A stretch of 36,020 nt of DNA, from positions 28,452,933 to 28,488,952 of the forward strand of contig NC_068983.1 in the NCBI RefSeq assembly GCF_001194135.2, given 5' to 3'. Of the stretch, positions 11,187 to 23,479 are shown piece by piece (within the stretch, counting starts at the first letter, position 1; each line of letters opens with the position of its first letter). The notes beneath the pieces were generated by a model, which was given only the letters and a program-made list of their open reading frames with translations, made no database searches and was not told the DNA's origin. Position numbers and translations under genes: made by a program. Origin of the DNA: Octopus bimaculoides (Eukaryota).

Positions 11187-11977
11187 TGTCATTCAACCAT
11201 TCATCGACACCTGCATACCATCGAAAAAGTCAGCAAATTGGGTCAATGGGTTCCTCACAAACTTTCCGAGTCTAATCGCATGAAGAGAGTGAATGTGTGC
11301 ACTTCTTTGCTGTCACATCTCACAAATAAACCTTTTTGGAGCCAAACAGTGATTGGTGACAAGAAATAGGTTCTCAATAAAAATGTCAAATGCTGAAGAC
11401 AGTGAGTAGGAAAGGGAGAAACACTGGCATCTTGGGCTAAAGAAGGTCTTCACCCACATAAGGTGATGGTATCTGTTTGATGGGATATGAAAGGTTTAGT
11501 CCACTTTGAACTTTTAAACTCAAACCAAACGATAACAAAGATCTACCGCAAGTAGTTTGAGCAGCTTAAGTCAGCACTAGAAGAAAAACAACCATCTTTG
11601 GTTTCAAGACGGATAATGCTCAGCCACAAGCAGTGAGAATGACATTCCAAAGGCTGGGGCAGTTTGAATGGGAAACGATGCCTCACCCACCATATTTACC
11701 AGACATTGCCCCATCTGATTATCATTTATTCTGCAATCTTCAAAATAATTTGGATGGAAAAAATACAAATTCTATAGACAAGGTCAGAACAGTACTGGAG
11801 GAGTATTTTTCATCACTAACATGTGAATTTTGGAAGAGGGCTCTTGAAAGTCTATCAAATAGATGGGAGAGTATTGTAGAAAATGAAGGAGAGTATATTT
11901 TAGATTAAAAAAGAACTTTGTTTATCTTAATTTTAGAAAATAAAAGTATAAAAACACCACATTATTTATGGGATGAG

Positions 11978-11981
<4 letters not shown>
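11187..11981 (+). pseudogene. 5'-truncated mariner transposon (D,D34D transposase remnant) with 3' terminal inverted repeat
   Basis: Translates to HSTIHRHL...KLGQWVPHKL, GDKK, LHPHKVM, DNAQPQ, HPPYLPDIAPSDYHLF...EGEYILD*; 34 residues between the second and third Asp. Several stops and a deletion before DNA. End cattatttatgggatgagacaa followed by TA. Confidence 0.95.
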
Positions 11982-12008
<27 letters not shown>

Positions 12009-12404
12009 NNNNNNNNNNNNNNNNNNNNNNNNNNNNNNNNNNNNNNNNNNNNNNNNNNNNNNNNNNNNNNNNNNNNNNNNNNNNNNNNNNNNNNNNNNNN
12101 NNNNNNNNNNNNNNNNNNNNNNNNNNNNNNNNNNNNNNNNNNNNNNNNNNNNNNNNNNNNNNNNNNNNNNNNNNNNNNNNNNNNNNNNNNNNNNNNNNNN
12201 NNNNNNNNNNNNNNNNNNNNNNNNNNNNNNNNNNNNNNNNNNNNNNNNNNNNNNNNNNNNNNNNNNNNNNNNNNNNNNNNNNNNNNTATATATATATATA
12301 TACATATACACGTTCATGCACACACACACACACATATATATATATACACATACACACATATACATATTTATATATATATATGCATACATACAACCATATC
12401 AATG

Positions 12405-12445
<41 letters not shown>

Positions 12446-12754
12446 ATTGTAACTAGTACTTGAAGTAATATTGATTACACTTAGTTATTTTATGGAGATT
12501 TGAAATAAGATTAAGTCATTGCTATGGTCATCTGGTCATTTCAACAATCAAATTGGACAATTTCAATATGAAATTACTTAAAACAACTTAGACCGAAAAT
12601 CTAAAATTGTAATTTAGTCTCAAATATATTTACTTCCATTTTAAAGTTATTTGCTTTCCTGTTTACATTTCAGATTAACTGAAAATTTTGATTTGAAAAG
12701 CTAGCGACATTTATGAATGAGTATATATGAGTGTGTGTATGTATGTATTCTTTA

Positions 12755-13190
12755 ATTTATTCTTTTACTTGTTTCAGTAATTTGACTGTGGCCATGCTGG
12801 AGCACCACCTTTAGTCAAAAACATTGACCCAGGGACTTATTCCTTGTAAGCTTAGTACTTATTCCATCAGTCTTTTGCCAAACTGCTAAGTTATGGGGAC
12901 GTAAACACAACAGCATCAATTATCAAGCAATGGTGGGGGGATAAACACAGACACATGCACAAACATATATATATATATATATATATACGATAGGCTTCTT
13001 TCAGTTTCCATCTACCAAATCCACTCACAAGGCTTNNNNNNNNNNTTCAGTTTCCATCTACCAAATCCACTCACAAGGCTTTGGTCAGCCCAAGGCTATA
13101 GTAGAAGACACTTGCCCAAAGTGCCACGCAGTGGGACTGAACATGGAACCATGTGGTTGAGAAGCAAGCCTCTTACCACACAGCCATGTA
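12755..13190 (-). mobile_element. Composite tRNA-derived SINE (contains 10-N gap with duplicated junction)
   Basis: Colinear with 3441-3875; 36 bp are repeated on either side of the gap at 13036-13045. Confidence 0.9.
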
Positions 13191-13232
13191 CACACACACT
13201 CACAACCACACACACATACATATAGACATATA

Positions 13233-13428
13233 CGAGGAGGTGCTGAAAAATTCCTGGTTTTAAAGGTAACACAAAAGGCCTGGTTAGAGGCCCAACCTAC
13301 CAAGTTCTTTTACAGGGCTTAGAAAAACTGAAGGACCATTCTAATAAGTGTGTAAATCTGAGAAGGTAGTATGTTGAATAAAATGATAATTGATTTTACC
13401 CAAAGCCAGGACCTTTTCAGCACCCCTT
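13233..13428. mobile_element. Mariner-derived MITE (~196 bp)
   Basis: TA|cgaggaggtgctgaaaaattcctggtttt ... aaagccaggaccttttcagcacccct; interior encodes QGLEKLKDHSNKCVNLRR*YVE*, resembling a mariner transposase C-terminus. Confidence 0.85.
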
Positions 13429-13515
13429 AATATTATATACATATGTACATATATATGTGTGTACATCTGTGTGTGTATTTATATATATGTATGTATGTAG
13501 ATAAGCATATACATA

Positions 13516-13823
13516 TAAAGGGTAAGGACCCCCTTTAGTCATGAATTACCATGGGATTACACCTAGAACATTACCCTCCAAGGCACAAGTCCAGGCAAAG
13601 TTCTCTTATGGAAAACCAGCAGTTGCCCAATGCAAATCAGCCTCTCTTCTCCATACCACCAATGTTATCCAAGAGAAAGGCAAAGGCTGAACGTTGCAAC
13701 TCATTATTGCAGCTGAGTAAACTGGAACAATGTGAAATAAAGTATCTTGCTGAAGAACACAACACACAGCCTGGTCCAGGAATCGAACTCACCACTTCAT
13801 GATTGTAAGCCCAATGCCCTATA
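13516..13823 (-). mobile_element. tRNA-derived SINE with CORE-like middle (third family)
   Basis: On minus: gagttcgattcctgg B box, then gtgttcttcagcaagatactttatttcac (CORE-like), with a distinct 3' tail ending gggggtccttacccttta. Confidence 0.75.
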
Positions 13824-14679
13824 CACATACAAATATGAATATCTATATAAGAATAATAAAATACAAGAATGAAGAATATCAAGCTTCAATTGCAGATCAC
13901 AATATTCGTTTCTGCACAGAGCACTAGCTTTAAGTTGCCAAGTTTATATTTATATGCCATTATAGAAAATAATTCTTCATAATTACTATATATTTGAATG
14001 TATTTCAGCAATATATATATCATACAGCTATTCTTATTCAAGAAATCCTTTCCACTTTTCAAAGATTATTTTAAATGTATTTATGGTTGAATATATGTGT
14101 AAATGTGTAAAAACCATATATACAAAGAACATAGCCTTCAAAGACTAACAGTCACATCTCCCTTGGCGTTGTACAAATTTTTTACCTGTTTCAGTCATGG
14201 GATTATGGCCATGCTGGAACATCCCCTTGGAGGGTTTTAAAGTAAGTCATTCAATCGTGTCTGCTCAATCATGCCTGTGTCGTCATTGATGATAAATCGG
14301 TTTAATCAGGTTTAACTAAGGGCTAAGAACAAAAAAAAAGAAAAAAGAGTGGAGGTAATGCCTAAAGAAATTTGCAAGAAAAGGTATGGATTTTTTCCTG
14401 TGTAAAAGTCAACTTTTGAAGGAATAAATTATGCTGCCTAAAATTTAAAGATAAGGGTATATTTTGCTCTCTCATGTAAAACATTCGATATAATCGTTAA
14501 TCTATTCAAAAATTAATTTTTGTCTTCCAGTAAATTCCCATAAAAGAATAATAATCATAAGTCAAAAAACCTACATCAATAAACAAAAATTATATTCATT
14601 ACAAAGAGAGATCAATAAATATAAAAGAGGTGGGGAGTATAGATGAAGGAGAAGATACTTTGATATTATAACTATACAT

Positions 14680-14687
14680 ATATATAG

Positions 14688-14759
<72 letters not shown>

Positions 14760-14874
14760 CTACAAGGGTTTTATCATATATTGATTTCATAGTAAGGTAG
14801 AAGTATAACATAACAAGCACACACACACACATACACGTACACATATATGCATATATATGTATGTATACACACAT

Positions 14875-14923
<49 letters not shown>

Positions 14924-15233
14924 TACACATATATATATATATACACATATATATATATACATACAACATACACACACACACACATACATACAAATACGCA
15001 CATATATGTACAGTATTGATTTCTTACAAAGCACCTACAATAGATACAAAGCTACACACATTCATGCACACACACATACAAACACTATGTATACGTATAC
15101 ATATCAAATAAGTGAGTATAAATATATATATATATATATGTATGTATGCATGTAAGTGTGTATATGGATGTGTGTATGTAAACATACATAAATACATACG
15201 TACATACATACCTACCTACCTACATACATACAT

Positions 15234-15280
<47 letters not shown>
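14680..15280. repeat. Microsatellite cluster (TA)n, (CA)n, (TACA)n
   Basis: Directly visible; similar clusters at 9305-9350, 11983-12445, 17900-18105, 19765-19855, 20310-20510, 25550-25640, 28985-29105 and 34580-34650. Confidence 0.97.
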
Positions 15281-15282
<2 letters not shown>

Positions 15283-15589
15283 GCTGTATTAAAAAAAAAT
15301 TTTAAACATTTAGTAGCAACAGATATTAGTGTACAGCAATATCAGATAAGCAACATGAAATATTTCTTATCTCATGTAGAGAAGAGGTTTCACAAGAAAA
15401 AAATAAGAATAGTGAAAACACTGTTCAAACATAGAATCAATACATTAAGAAAAATGTAGTTTATAATGAGTTCTCTCATTGTTTGGGCAAACTTTTGGAT
15501 GACTATAATGTTTTAGCTGCAATGTTTGTTTTCAGAGTATATATTAATATATACACACATGCATAAATATATAATTTTGTTTGTGTATG

Positions 15590-15626
<37 letters not shown>

Positions 15627-16275
15627 AAATAGTAAATTAGTATATGCATATATACATACAGGTATGTGCATACCGACATCCACCTGTATGTATAGGTGCA
15701 TATCTGGGTACAGGACATTGCAAACAAACGTAGACGAGAACACACGAGCCACATAGAGAACATTNNNNNNNNNNNNNNNNNNNNNNNNNNNNNNNNNNNN
15801 NNNNNNNNNNNNNNNNNNNNNNNNNNNNNNNNNNNNNNNNNNNNNNNNNNNNNNNNNNNNNNNNNNNNNNNNNNNNNNNNNNNNNNNNNNNNNNNNNNNN
15901 NNNNNNNNNNNNNNNNNNNNNNNNNNNNNNNNNNNNNNNNNNNNNNNNNNNNNNNNNNNNNNNNNNNNNNNNNNNNNNNNNNNNNNNNNNNNNNNNNNNN
16001 NNNNNNNNNNNNNNNNNNNNNNNNNNNNNNNNNNNNNNNNNNNNNNNNNNNNNNNNNNNNNNNNNNNNNNNNNNNNNNNNNNNNNNNNNNNNNNNNNNNN
16101 NNNNNNNNNNNNNNGGAAATACGAGGGGGAAAAGGAGATACGTAGTAGTAACAGAGGAAGAACAAGAGGGGTAAGGCGAGATACGTAGTAGTACAGAGGA
16201 AGAACGAGGGGGGGGAGAAAGGAAAGAGAAAGAGATAGAGTAGCGTCGGAGGATAAGTTTACGAAAACTACTTAC

Positions 16276-16290
16276 AATTTTTGTGAGACG
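16276..16290 (-). other. Candidate 15-nt microexon
   Basis: Minus strand reads TACTAAT (branch point)-ttactatttgtttttac-atgattgaacgCAG|CGTCTCACAAAAATT|GTAAGT; length is a multiple of 3 with no stop in any frame. Confidence 0.4.
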
Positions 16291-16886
16291 CTGCGTTCAA
16301 TCATGTAAAAACAAATAGTAAATTAGTATATGCATATATACGTACAGGTATGTGCATACCGACATCCACCTGTATGTATAGGTGCATATCTGGGTACAGG
16401 ACATTGCAAACAAACGTAGACGAGAACACACGAGCCACATAGAGAACATTATATATATATATATATATAGTAATATATATACACACACACTCGTATATAC
16501 ATATATCACCCCATTATCCTCATCATTTTATATCTGCTTCATCTGGTGGTAGTACACTTTTAGCAGGTACTTCTGTATGTCACAGCATTTAGAGAACAAA
16601 ACTGATCTTTTATTCAAAAACATTCACAAAATGCTGATCCCATTCAACTCAAATCACCTTTCAGCTGCATATACATATAAAATCTTTACCTTCCATTTGA
16701 TGTATGGTTTCCATCATGCCATTATTTCCCATGCTTAATGTCAAAATGAGCACAATGCCTTTTTGAATGCAATTCGATAATGTTGTGCTATTCTCCTATT
16801 CCTTAAGTCTGATGTCTGGTAGACCCAATATTATTTAATCCTAACCTTCTATAAATTAGCATTACTAATGCAGTGCTTATGCTCTA

Positions 16887-17028
16887 CAGTTGTGGCCAAA
16901 AGTTTGGAACATTTTAAAAAAAATTTAAATTGTTAGTTTCCAAGTACAATTCAATTCAAAAATATACAACATATATATTTGGGCATTTAATATAAAAATT
17001 CTAATCTGCAGACTTTTTGCCACTACTG
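16887..17028. mobile_element. Tc1-like MITE (142 bp)
   Basis: TA|cagttgtggccaaaagttt ... gactttttgccactactg|TA; CAGT termini and TA TSD. Confidence 0.85.
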
Positions 17029-17112
17029 TATAGTGTGATTTGTTTTAGTTGAAATGACTTCTAGTTTATACATTACCACACCTGCATTGTATTTGACATA
17101 AATATATCATCA

Positions 17113-17425
17113 CATCAACATCATCAACATTTAACGTCTACTTTCCATGCTGTCATGGGTTGGACAGTTCGACAAAAACTGACTAGGCAGAAAACTGCAC
17201 CAGACTTTAGTGCCTCTTTTGACGTGGTTTTTATGGCTGGCTGCCCTTCCTAAAACCAACCACCCCACAGAGTGGACTGAGTGCTTTTTACATGGTTCCC
17301 ACCAACGAAATCCACTCACAAGGCTTTGGTCTGCCTGAGGCTATAATAGAAAACAACTGCGCAAGGTACTACACACAGTGATAGGAACGATGAGGTTGGG
17401 AAGAAAACTTCTTACCACACCAACA
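17113..17425 (-). mobile_element. Degenerate SINE: composite-family head joined to the (GAT)n-tailed body
   Basis: 17310-17425 matches the head of the composite SINE (aaatccactcacaaggctttggtc...); 17113-17300 matches the 2731/3092 element. Confidence 0.75.
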
Positions 17426-18837
17426 CACCTGCAATACACCTGTGCATATCTGTGTGTGTGAGTATGTGTGTGTGTGTGTATTTTAAAGATATTTTAAAGA
17501 GGTTCAACAGGTCTCTAGGTCTGACAATACACTATAGAGTTAAACCTTTTGTGATCGGGAAACCCAGAGTAACCCCGTAAACCGGCCTTCACCCGGAAAA
17601 AAAATATATATATATATATACACACACACACATGTATGTAAAATTGGATACCATATGTGTTTATAACCTGCATAAAAATTATTCAGTGTGACTGGGATAA
17701 GGATTTTTATTTTGAAAATATTTTCATTTGGTCTATTGTATAAAGTTAATGCTGTCCAATTTTTACCGTTATCTTTTACTGGAATTTTGGAACATAAAAC
17801 TAAAAGTTTAAACATGTGAAATTGAAAATTTGCTCTCTTCGTCCTTCTATCTCTTTCTCTCTCTCTCTTTCTCATATGATATATGTGTACATATACCCTA
17901 TGTATATGTGTGTGTGTGTTTGTGCATGTACATATAACTTTTTTACATAAGTATGCATATACATAGATATAAATATATGTATGTGAGTGTATAAGTATTT
18001 ATAAGTGTGTGTGTATGTATATATGTATATTTGTGTATATATGTATGAGTATGTATGTATGTATGAGTATGTATGTATGTATGTATGTATGTATGTATGT
18101 ATGAAATGTCTTTGACTACTAGCTACCTTGTTTCCAATTCTAGTTTCTTAATATCTTAAGAGTATTTGTCTCTTGGTATTCTTTTTTAACAAAAATATCA
18201 GCTAGAGGAAGACGTTAAAAAAAAACACAAACAGAACTAATAAAAAGAGATAGTTTTTTAACAAAGATTAAATTGGAAGTAAAAACAAAGATTCCAAAAG
18301 TAATTAGAGTGAAAATATACCGATTCTATAGAGTTAAAAAAAGCTAAAAAGTAATTTTTAAAGAGTGAGAATTTAGAATAGAAGAACAAAGTAAATATGC
18401 TATAAACTACAACGTTTTGTAATGTTTTTGTCTTCTTGAATTTTTACAATAACAGTAGTAAAATTCCAGTACTTATATTGCAAAGTCTCATTTTTATATA
18501 TTTTACTGTAGATATTTCAGAAGTCTTTATCTTAGGATAGTTAGAATACTTGCATATCTGCTTCCCCACCACTTTTGCAAATAATGTGATAGTGATCACA
18601 TTGCTGATTATTTCTAAAATCATGTGATCACGTGACTGATGAGGCTATCAGATGTTGTTACACACCACTGGTCACAATACACATGTGAATTGTTTAAGCC
18701 TTCAAATGATACCATCCTGCTGGCAAGGCAAGCAGGCCAACATTCGCCACTGATCGAAAGGGCAACTGGAGCAACATGAAATGTGCCACCCACCCAGGGA
18801 ATTGAACCCATGGTTTAGCAATAATAAGGGCCACATG

Positions 18838-19329
18838 CTCTTTTACTCTTTTACTTGTTTTAGTCATTTGACTGCGGCCATGCTGGAGCATCGCCTTTAG
18901 TTGAGCAAATCGACCCCAGGACTTATTCTTTGGATGCCTAGTATTTATTCTATCGGGCTCTTTTGCCGAATCGCTTAGTTACGGGGACGTAAACACACTA
19001 CCATCGGTTGTCAAGCGATGTTGGGGGGACAAACACAGACACACAAACATATACACACACACACATACATATATATNNNNNNNNNNNNNNNNNNNNNNNN
19101 NNNNNNNNNNNNNNNNNNNNNNNNNNNNNNNNNNNNNNNNNNNNNNNNNNNNTATATATATAAATACGATGGGCTTCTTTCAGTTTCCATCTACCAAATC
19201 CACTCGCAAGGCTTTGGTTGGCCCGAGGCTATAGTAGAAGACACTTGCCCAAGATGCCACACAGTGGGACTGAACCCGGAACCATGTGGCTAGTAAGCAA
19301 GCTACTTACCACACAGCCACTCCTGCGCC
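18838..19329 (-). mobile_element. Full-length composite tRNA-derived SINE with N gap in its internal microsatellite
   Basis: Colinear with 3441-3875; 5' end aggcgcaggagtggctgtgtggtaag on minus. Confidence 0.92.
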
Positions 19330-19526
19330 TATTTATTCACATTGTTTTGAATTAATGACATCATTTTATAGCTTCAAGATTTTAATGGTGCGTTTGTATA
19401 TTGTTAGGCTGACATTGTAGGGTAAGAGTGAGAGGTTGAATCTGGTCAGTTAATCTGGTCAGTTTCAACATAAAACAGGGAGAATATTTGGGCTGGATAT
19501 GGCCGGATTAAATGCTAAAGGGTTAA
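19330..19526. mobile_element. Partial piggyBac-like MITE (right part)
   Basis: Ends aaatgctaaaggg|TTAA; interior homologous to 7385-7558. Confidence 0.7.
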
Positions 19527-19578
19527 AGACACATTCTCTCCATATCATCTGTTGTTGCTCAATGTTGGTTAGACTTAC

Positions 19579-19645
19579 CTGGCTTGTAGTATAATGCTCA
19601 ACACCAGGCCTTAATTGATTGTAATATTTTGAAGATGTTTGCATC
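19579..19645 (-). CDS. Candidate coding exon, product unknown (xMQTSSKYYNQLRPGVEHYTTSQ)
   Basis: Acceptor atgttttgtgctctattag, open frame, consensus donor CAG|GTAAGT. No recognised homology. Confidence 0.3.
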
Positions 19646-21094
19646 CTAATAGAGCACAAAACATGTTCGATTGCATTAAAATTGTTGACAGAGATGCACA
19701 AAGAGAAAACTGAAGACCTACCAGAGCTAATAAACAAAAGAGATTTCTGATGCAGCATGGTGATATACATGTGTGTGTGTGCATGTGTATACACACACAT
19801 ATATGTATATGCATATGTAAGTATGTATGTGTGTATGTATGTATGTATGTATGTATAAAACCATTTTTGTTTCCCATGCTATGATATACTTGGTCAACTA
19901 ATAATCTGTATGAAAGTTGATAAATATCTACAATTCCATGATGGCAATGTAGTATATCACTGACAAATGATGATATCTGAAGATGAAAAACATTTATCAT
20001 TTATTTGAAAGAATCTTAGCTTGAATATTAATGTAGACATGACTAAGACAGCTTAGAATTGATTCTAGCCTTTATTTCTATTGATTCAAGCAATACTGAC
20101 ATCATTTGACTTCTCTACTAGAGATGAAAAAAATTGTAAAAATCAGGAAAGAACATTTATTTTGAATTAGATCGACAAATCTACTTTGATATAAGAAGAA
20201 AATTTTTTCTAATAATCTTTGTATTATATTCTAATATTTTTGTATATTTTAATTGGTGACAGACAATTTCTATAAAACTTTGTTGAATTTTATTGAACTT
20301 TTCATCTACAACACACACACACACACACATACACACACATATATATACATACATATACACACACATATATATGTATGCATGTATGTATGTATACACACAT
20401 ATATATATATATATATATCCATACACACACATATACATATATACATACATATGTGTGCATGTGTATATCTTTGCGTATATATATGTATGTACACACATAT
20501 GTATATACACGCACAGGTAAAAAGAGAAAAAAATAATCTATAAATTTTGTTTATAATTTGTTTTTTTAGGTCAAATTGATAAAAAATTTATTTGTTATAA
20601 AATTTAGAACTGCAGAGGATAATAGTTAGGATTATAGGCTATCAAAAGATCAAGCACAATATAAATTTTTCTTCAGATTAAAATTATCTATTTACGAAAT
20701 TATACAGGAAGATGGTAATAAATATTTGAGAATAGGTAATAAATATTTTGGAAATGGTAATAAATTTGTCATCTGAAATATTTACTATAAGAAGTGTTTG
20801 AAGATAACAAAATTTAGAATGGAAATATTTGAGAAAGCACTTTTTGGTTTCTTTATGTTTCTAGAAATACGGCTGAAGGTAGTGAGGTAGTCTAAGTACA
20901 AAGAAAAAAGAGGAATTTTAACCTCACTTTCAGTTAAGTATATTTAGAAGTAATAGTTAAACCATGCTTGAGTGATGAGGTCTAATAAGACTGGGATATG
21001 TGTTAAGTTGTCATAGTATTACTCAATGTCAGATTCACTCCAGGCATGATTGTGTAGTAAGAAGCTTGCATCCCAACCACAAGGTAAGTATATA

Positions 21095-21320
21095 CATATG
21101 CATGTGTGTGTGTGTGTGTGTTTGTCCCCCACCAACACCTGACAACTGGTGTTGGTGTGTTTACATCCCCATAATTTAGGGGTTTGACAAAAGAGACTGA
21201 TAGAATAAGTATCAGGCTCAACGAAAAAATAAGTATTGGGGTTGATTCCTTCAACAAACCATTCATCCAGGTGTAGCCCCAGTCTAATGACTGAAATAAG
21301 TAAAATGTAAAAGATGAATA
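21095..21320 (+). mobile_element. 3' half of composite SINE, degenerate
   Basis: tgtgtttgtcccccaccaacacctgacaactggtgttggtgtgtttacatcccc...gactgatagaataagtatc...aatgactgaaataagtaaaa. Confidence 0.8.
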
Positions 21321-22024
21321 TAATTCAAAGATAATCATTTCTGTCTGTCTTGATCAAAATTAGTTATTAAGATAATTATTTTTCCTCTTCTGTACAGGTG
21401 TGATTTTAATTAATTAAAAAATTTCTATTAGAAGACCAGCATAAATTAAGAATGTTAGTAAAATGGGTATTAACATACATTAAGTATGTTAGTGTCTACT
21501 ATACTCAGACATTATCCAGTTAACATAAATAGAAAATGAACACTTAGCACAAAAGAAAATATATTTATTCCAAGGTTTTAACAATTTTCTTGATCTACCT
21601 CAGAGATTCTTTCACTTAGCTTTACTGTCTATTAGTGAGTTCTTTGATTTTCCTTAATTGTGTATTTTATTATTTGTAAACCTTTAAAGGTGACAGACTG
21701 GTAAAATTGCAAAGTAATTGAACAATGTAATTTTTTATAACACTTTATACTCTGAGTTCAAAGTGTGCCACAATCAACTTTGCATTTCACCTCTCAAAAG
21801 TCAATAATAATAAAAAAAAAAGCTCTAGTGAAGTACTGAACTTAATTAAATTGATTTACACCCTCTGCTTAACATTTCTGGCCCTGCGCATATATTGATA
21901 ATTATTATTTGTTAACTTTAAATTGCAGCAAATTATTATAACTATAATTCTTATCTTTCAGCTAAGGACCAATCTCCTAAAACTTTACAGACACTGCAAA
22001 TCATATAACATATGTGCTAATGCC

Positions 22025-22208
22025 ATGTTAAAAGCACCCAGTACACATTGTAAAGTAGTTGGCATTAGGAAGGGCATCCAGTTGCAGAAACCAGGCCAAA
22101 TCAGATTGGAACCTAGTGCAGCTCTCTGGCTCACCAGCTCTGGTCAAACTGCCCAAGCCATGCCAGCATTTAAAATGGATGTTAAAAAGGATGATGATGA
22201 TGATGATA
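22025..22208 (+). mobile_element. Older copy of the (GAT)n-tailed element
   Basis: aaaagcacccagtacac...ggcattaggaagggcatccagttgcagaaac...ggatgttaaaaag(gat)n. Confidence 0.75.
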
Positions 22209-23317
22209 TTAACAGATTTGGAAGCATTTTGTAAATAAATACTATCTATTTCCCACTTATCATATAATCAGCTCACTGTTAGGTCCTCATACATTTGTTA
22301 ACCTTTATGATAGTATCTATATACATGGATACTAATAATGTTCAATGTCCAAGAAAAACAAATCCAGTTTTCATATTATTTTGTGTTGCGTTTTATTAAC
22401 AAAAAAATTCTCCTTTTTTTCACTTGGAAAATTTTAGCACATATTTTGTTGTATCTTGGTAGTCATTATGCCAATAATGACAAATTGTTATATAAATTGG
22501 TCAGAATAACTTTCAATAGCTTCATATATTATTATTGGACATGAAAACATTTGTTATATATTTAGTCTAATTATTCCAGTGATCCCTTAATAGTTCCACA
22601 GAGGCCAGCAAGATTAATAAGTTTCATTAATAATGCAATTCAATTTATGATGAGTTAGTAGCAGTTAATAAATTGTTGATCCTTATATAAAAAAATTGTG
22701 TCCAAAACTATGAGTATCCCAGTTCTAAAATGGGCACACTATGTCCCAGCATGTTGTAAGAGGTGACTAAAAGAGTTAGGAACAAGAAGGGCACCCAACC
22801 ATAAAACACTGCTTCAGAAAAACTGTCCCATCAATACCAGCATGAAAAGGTGTACGCAAATGTTGCTGATGAAAGATGATGATGTCCTGTCATCTTTTTT
22901 AAGATAATAGGACATGTTAGGATTACTTGGTTGTGTTTCTGGCAAATCAAAAAACAAGATTTATATCTTCACTTCAGTTTTTTTTTTTAGTATCATAAAT
23001 TTTAAGTATGAGATTTTTCACAAAATTTAAAATAGCTTCCTTAAGTACTCACATATACAGGAATGAATTTTACATGTTCTAAATGGTTGTAACAAAAACA
23101 AATATTTAAAGTCATTGTTATTATTTTATCATTAGTTTTTATCTATTTTTCTGACCTATCTTGTCTGGAATAGTTTTTCAAAAATGTGTGCTATTTGTAC
23201 AACCTGTTTGCCAGCCTGGACAACTTGAGACAAAAAAGTTATGCACCATAGCTTCTTTTTTTTTTGTTTTATATGGCTTAGTCAGAAGGTAAAGAGCATT
23301 GCACATACATTTTTCAG

Positions 23318-23479
23318 GATCACAGAGATCGATGGAGCAGGAGAGGGAAATAAAAACCAGAACACATGAACTCATGAGTTGCTGCCATAGGAAAAGGCAC
23401 ATTGAGATATCAAGCTATCCTCAAGCTGAAGATCAGATACAAATGCTTGAAACAGAGTGGACTCAGCTTAAAATTAATG
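23318..23479 (+). CDS. Candidate coding exon, product unknown (possibly coiled-coil/spectrin-repeat-like)
   Basis: Acceptor catttttcag, 162 bp symmetric phase 1, only one open frame (SQRSMEQEREIKTRTHELMSCCHRKRHIEISSYPQAEDQIQMLETEWTQLKIN); donor G|GTAGTG is mediocre. Confidence 0.3.

Noticed and set aside
11918-12463. Long ORFs of 150-370 aa in the ORF track (also 14599-15459, 15503-16165, 20181-20543, 25546-25992, 26489-26975, 27372-28512, 34705-35289)
   Set aside because: They are translations of (TA)n/(CA)n microsatellites and N runs (YI, HT, CV, X repeats), not genes.
13000-13081. 36-bp exact tandem duplication around a 10-N gap
   Set aside because: Typical unmerged contig overlap; the SINE consensus has only one copy.
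18628-18720. CTGATGAG at ~18636 as a possible hammerhead core
   Set aside because: No GAAA correctly placed after a stem II and no stem I/III pairing; lies in a degenerate SINE fragment.
20570-20607. GQIDKKFIC peptide after an acceptor-like tttttttag, reminiscent of MutL-family C-terminal motifs
   Set aside because: In-frame stop four codons later, no donor and no other MutL-like exons; likely chance in AT-rich DNA.
20714-20768. 21-bp-period repeat ggtaataaatattt x2.6
   Set aside because: Short AT-rich minisatellite; no unique spacers, so not CRISPR-like.
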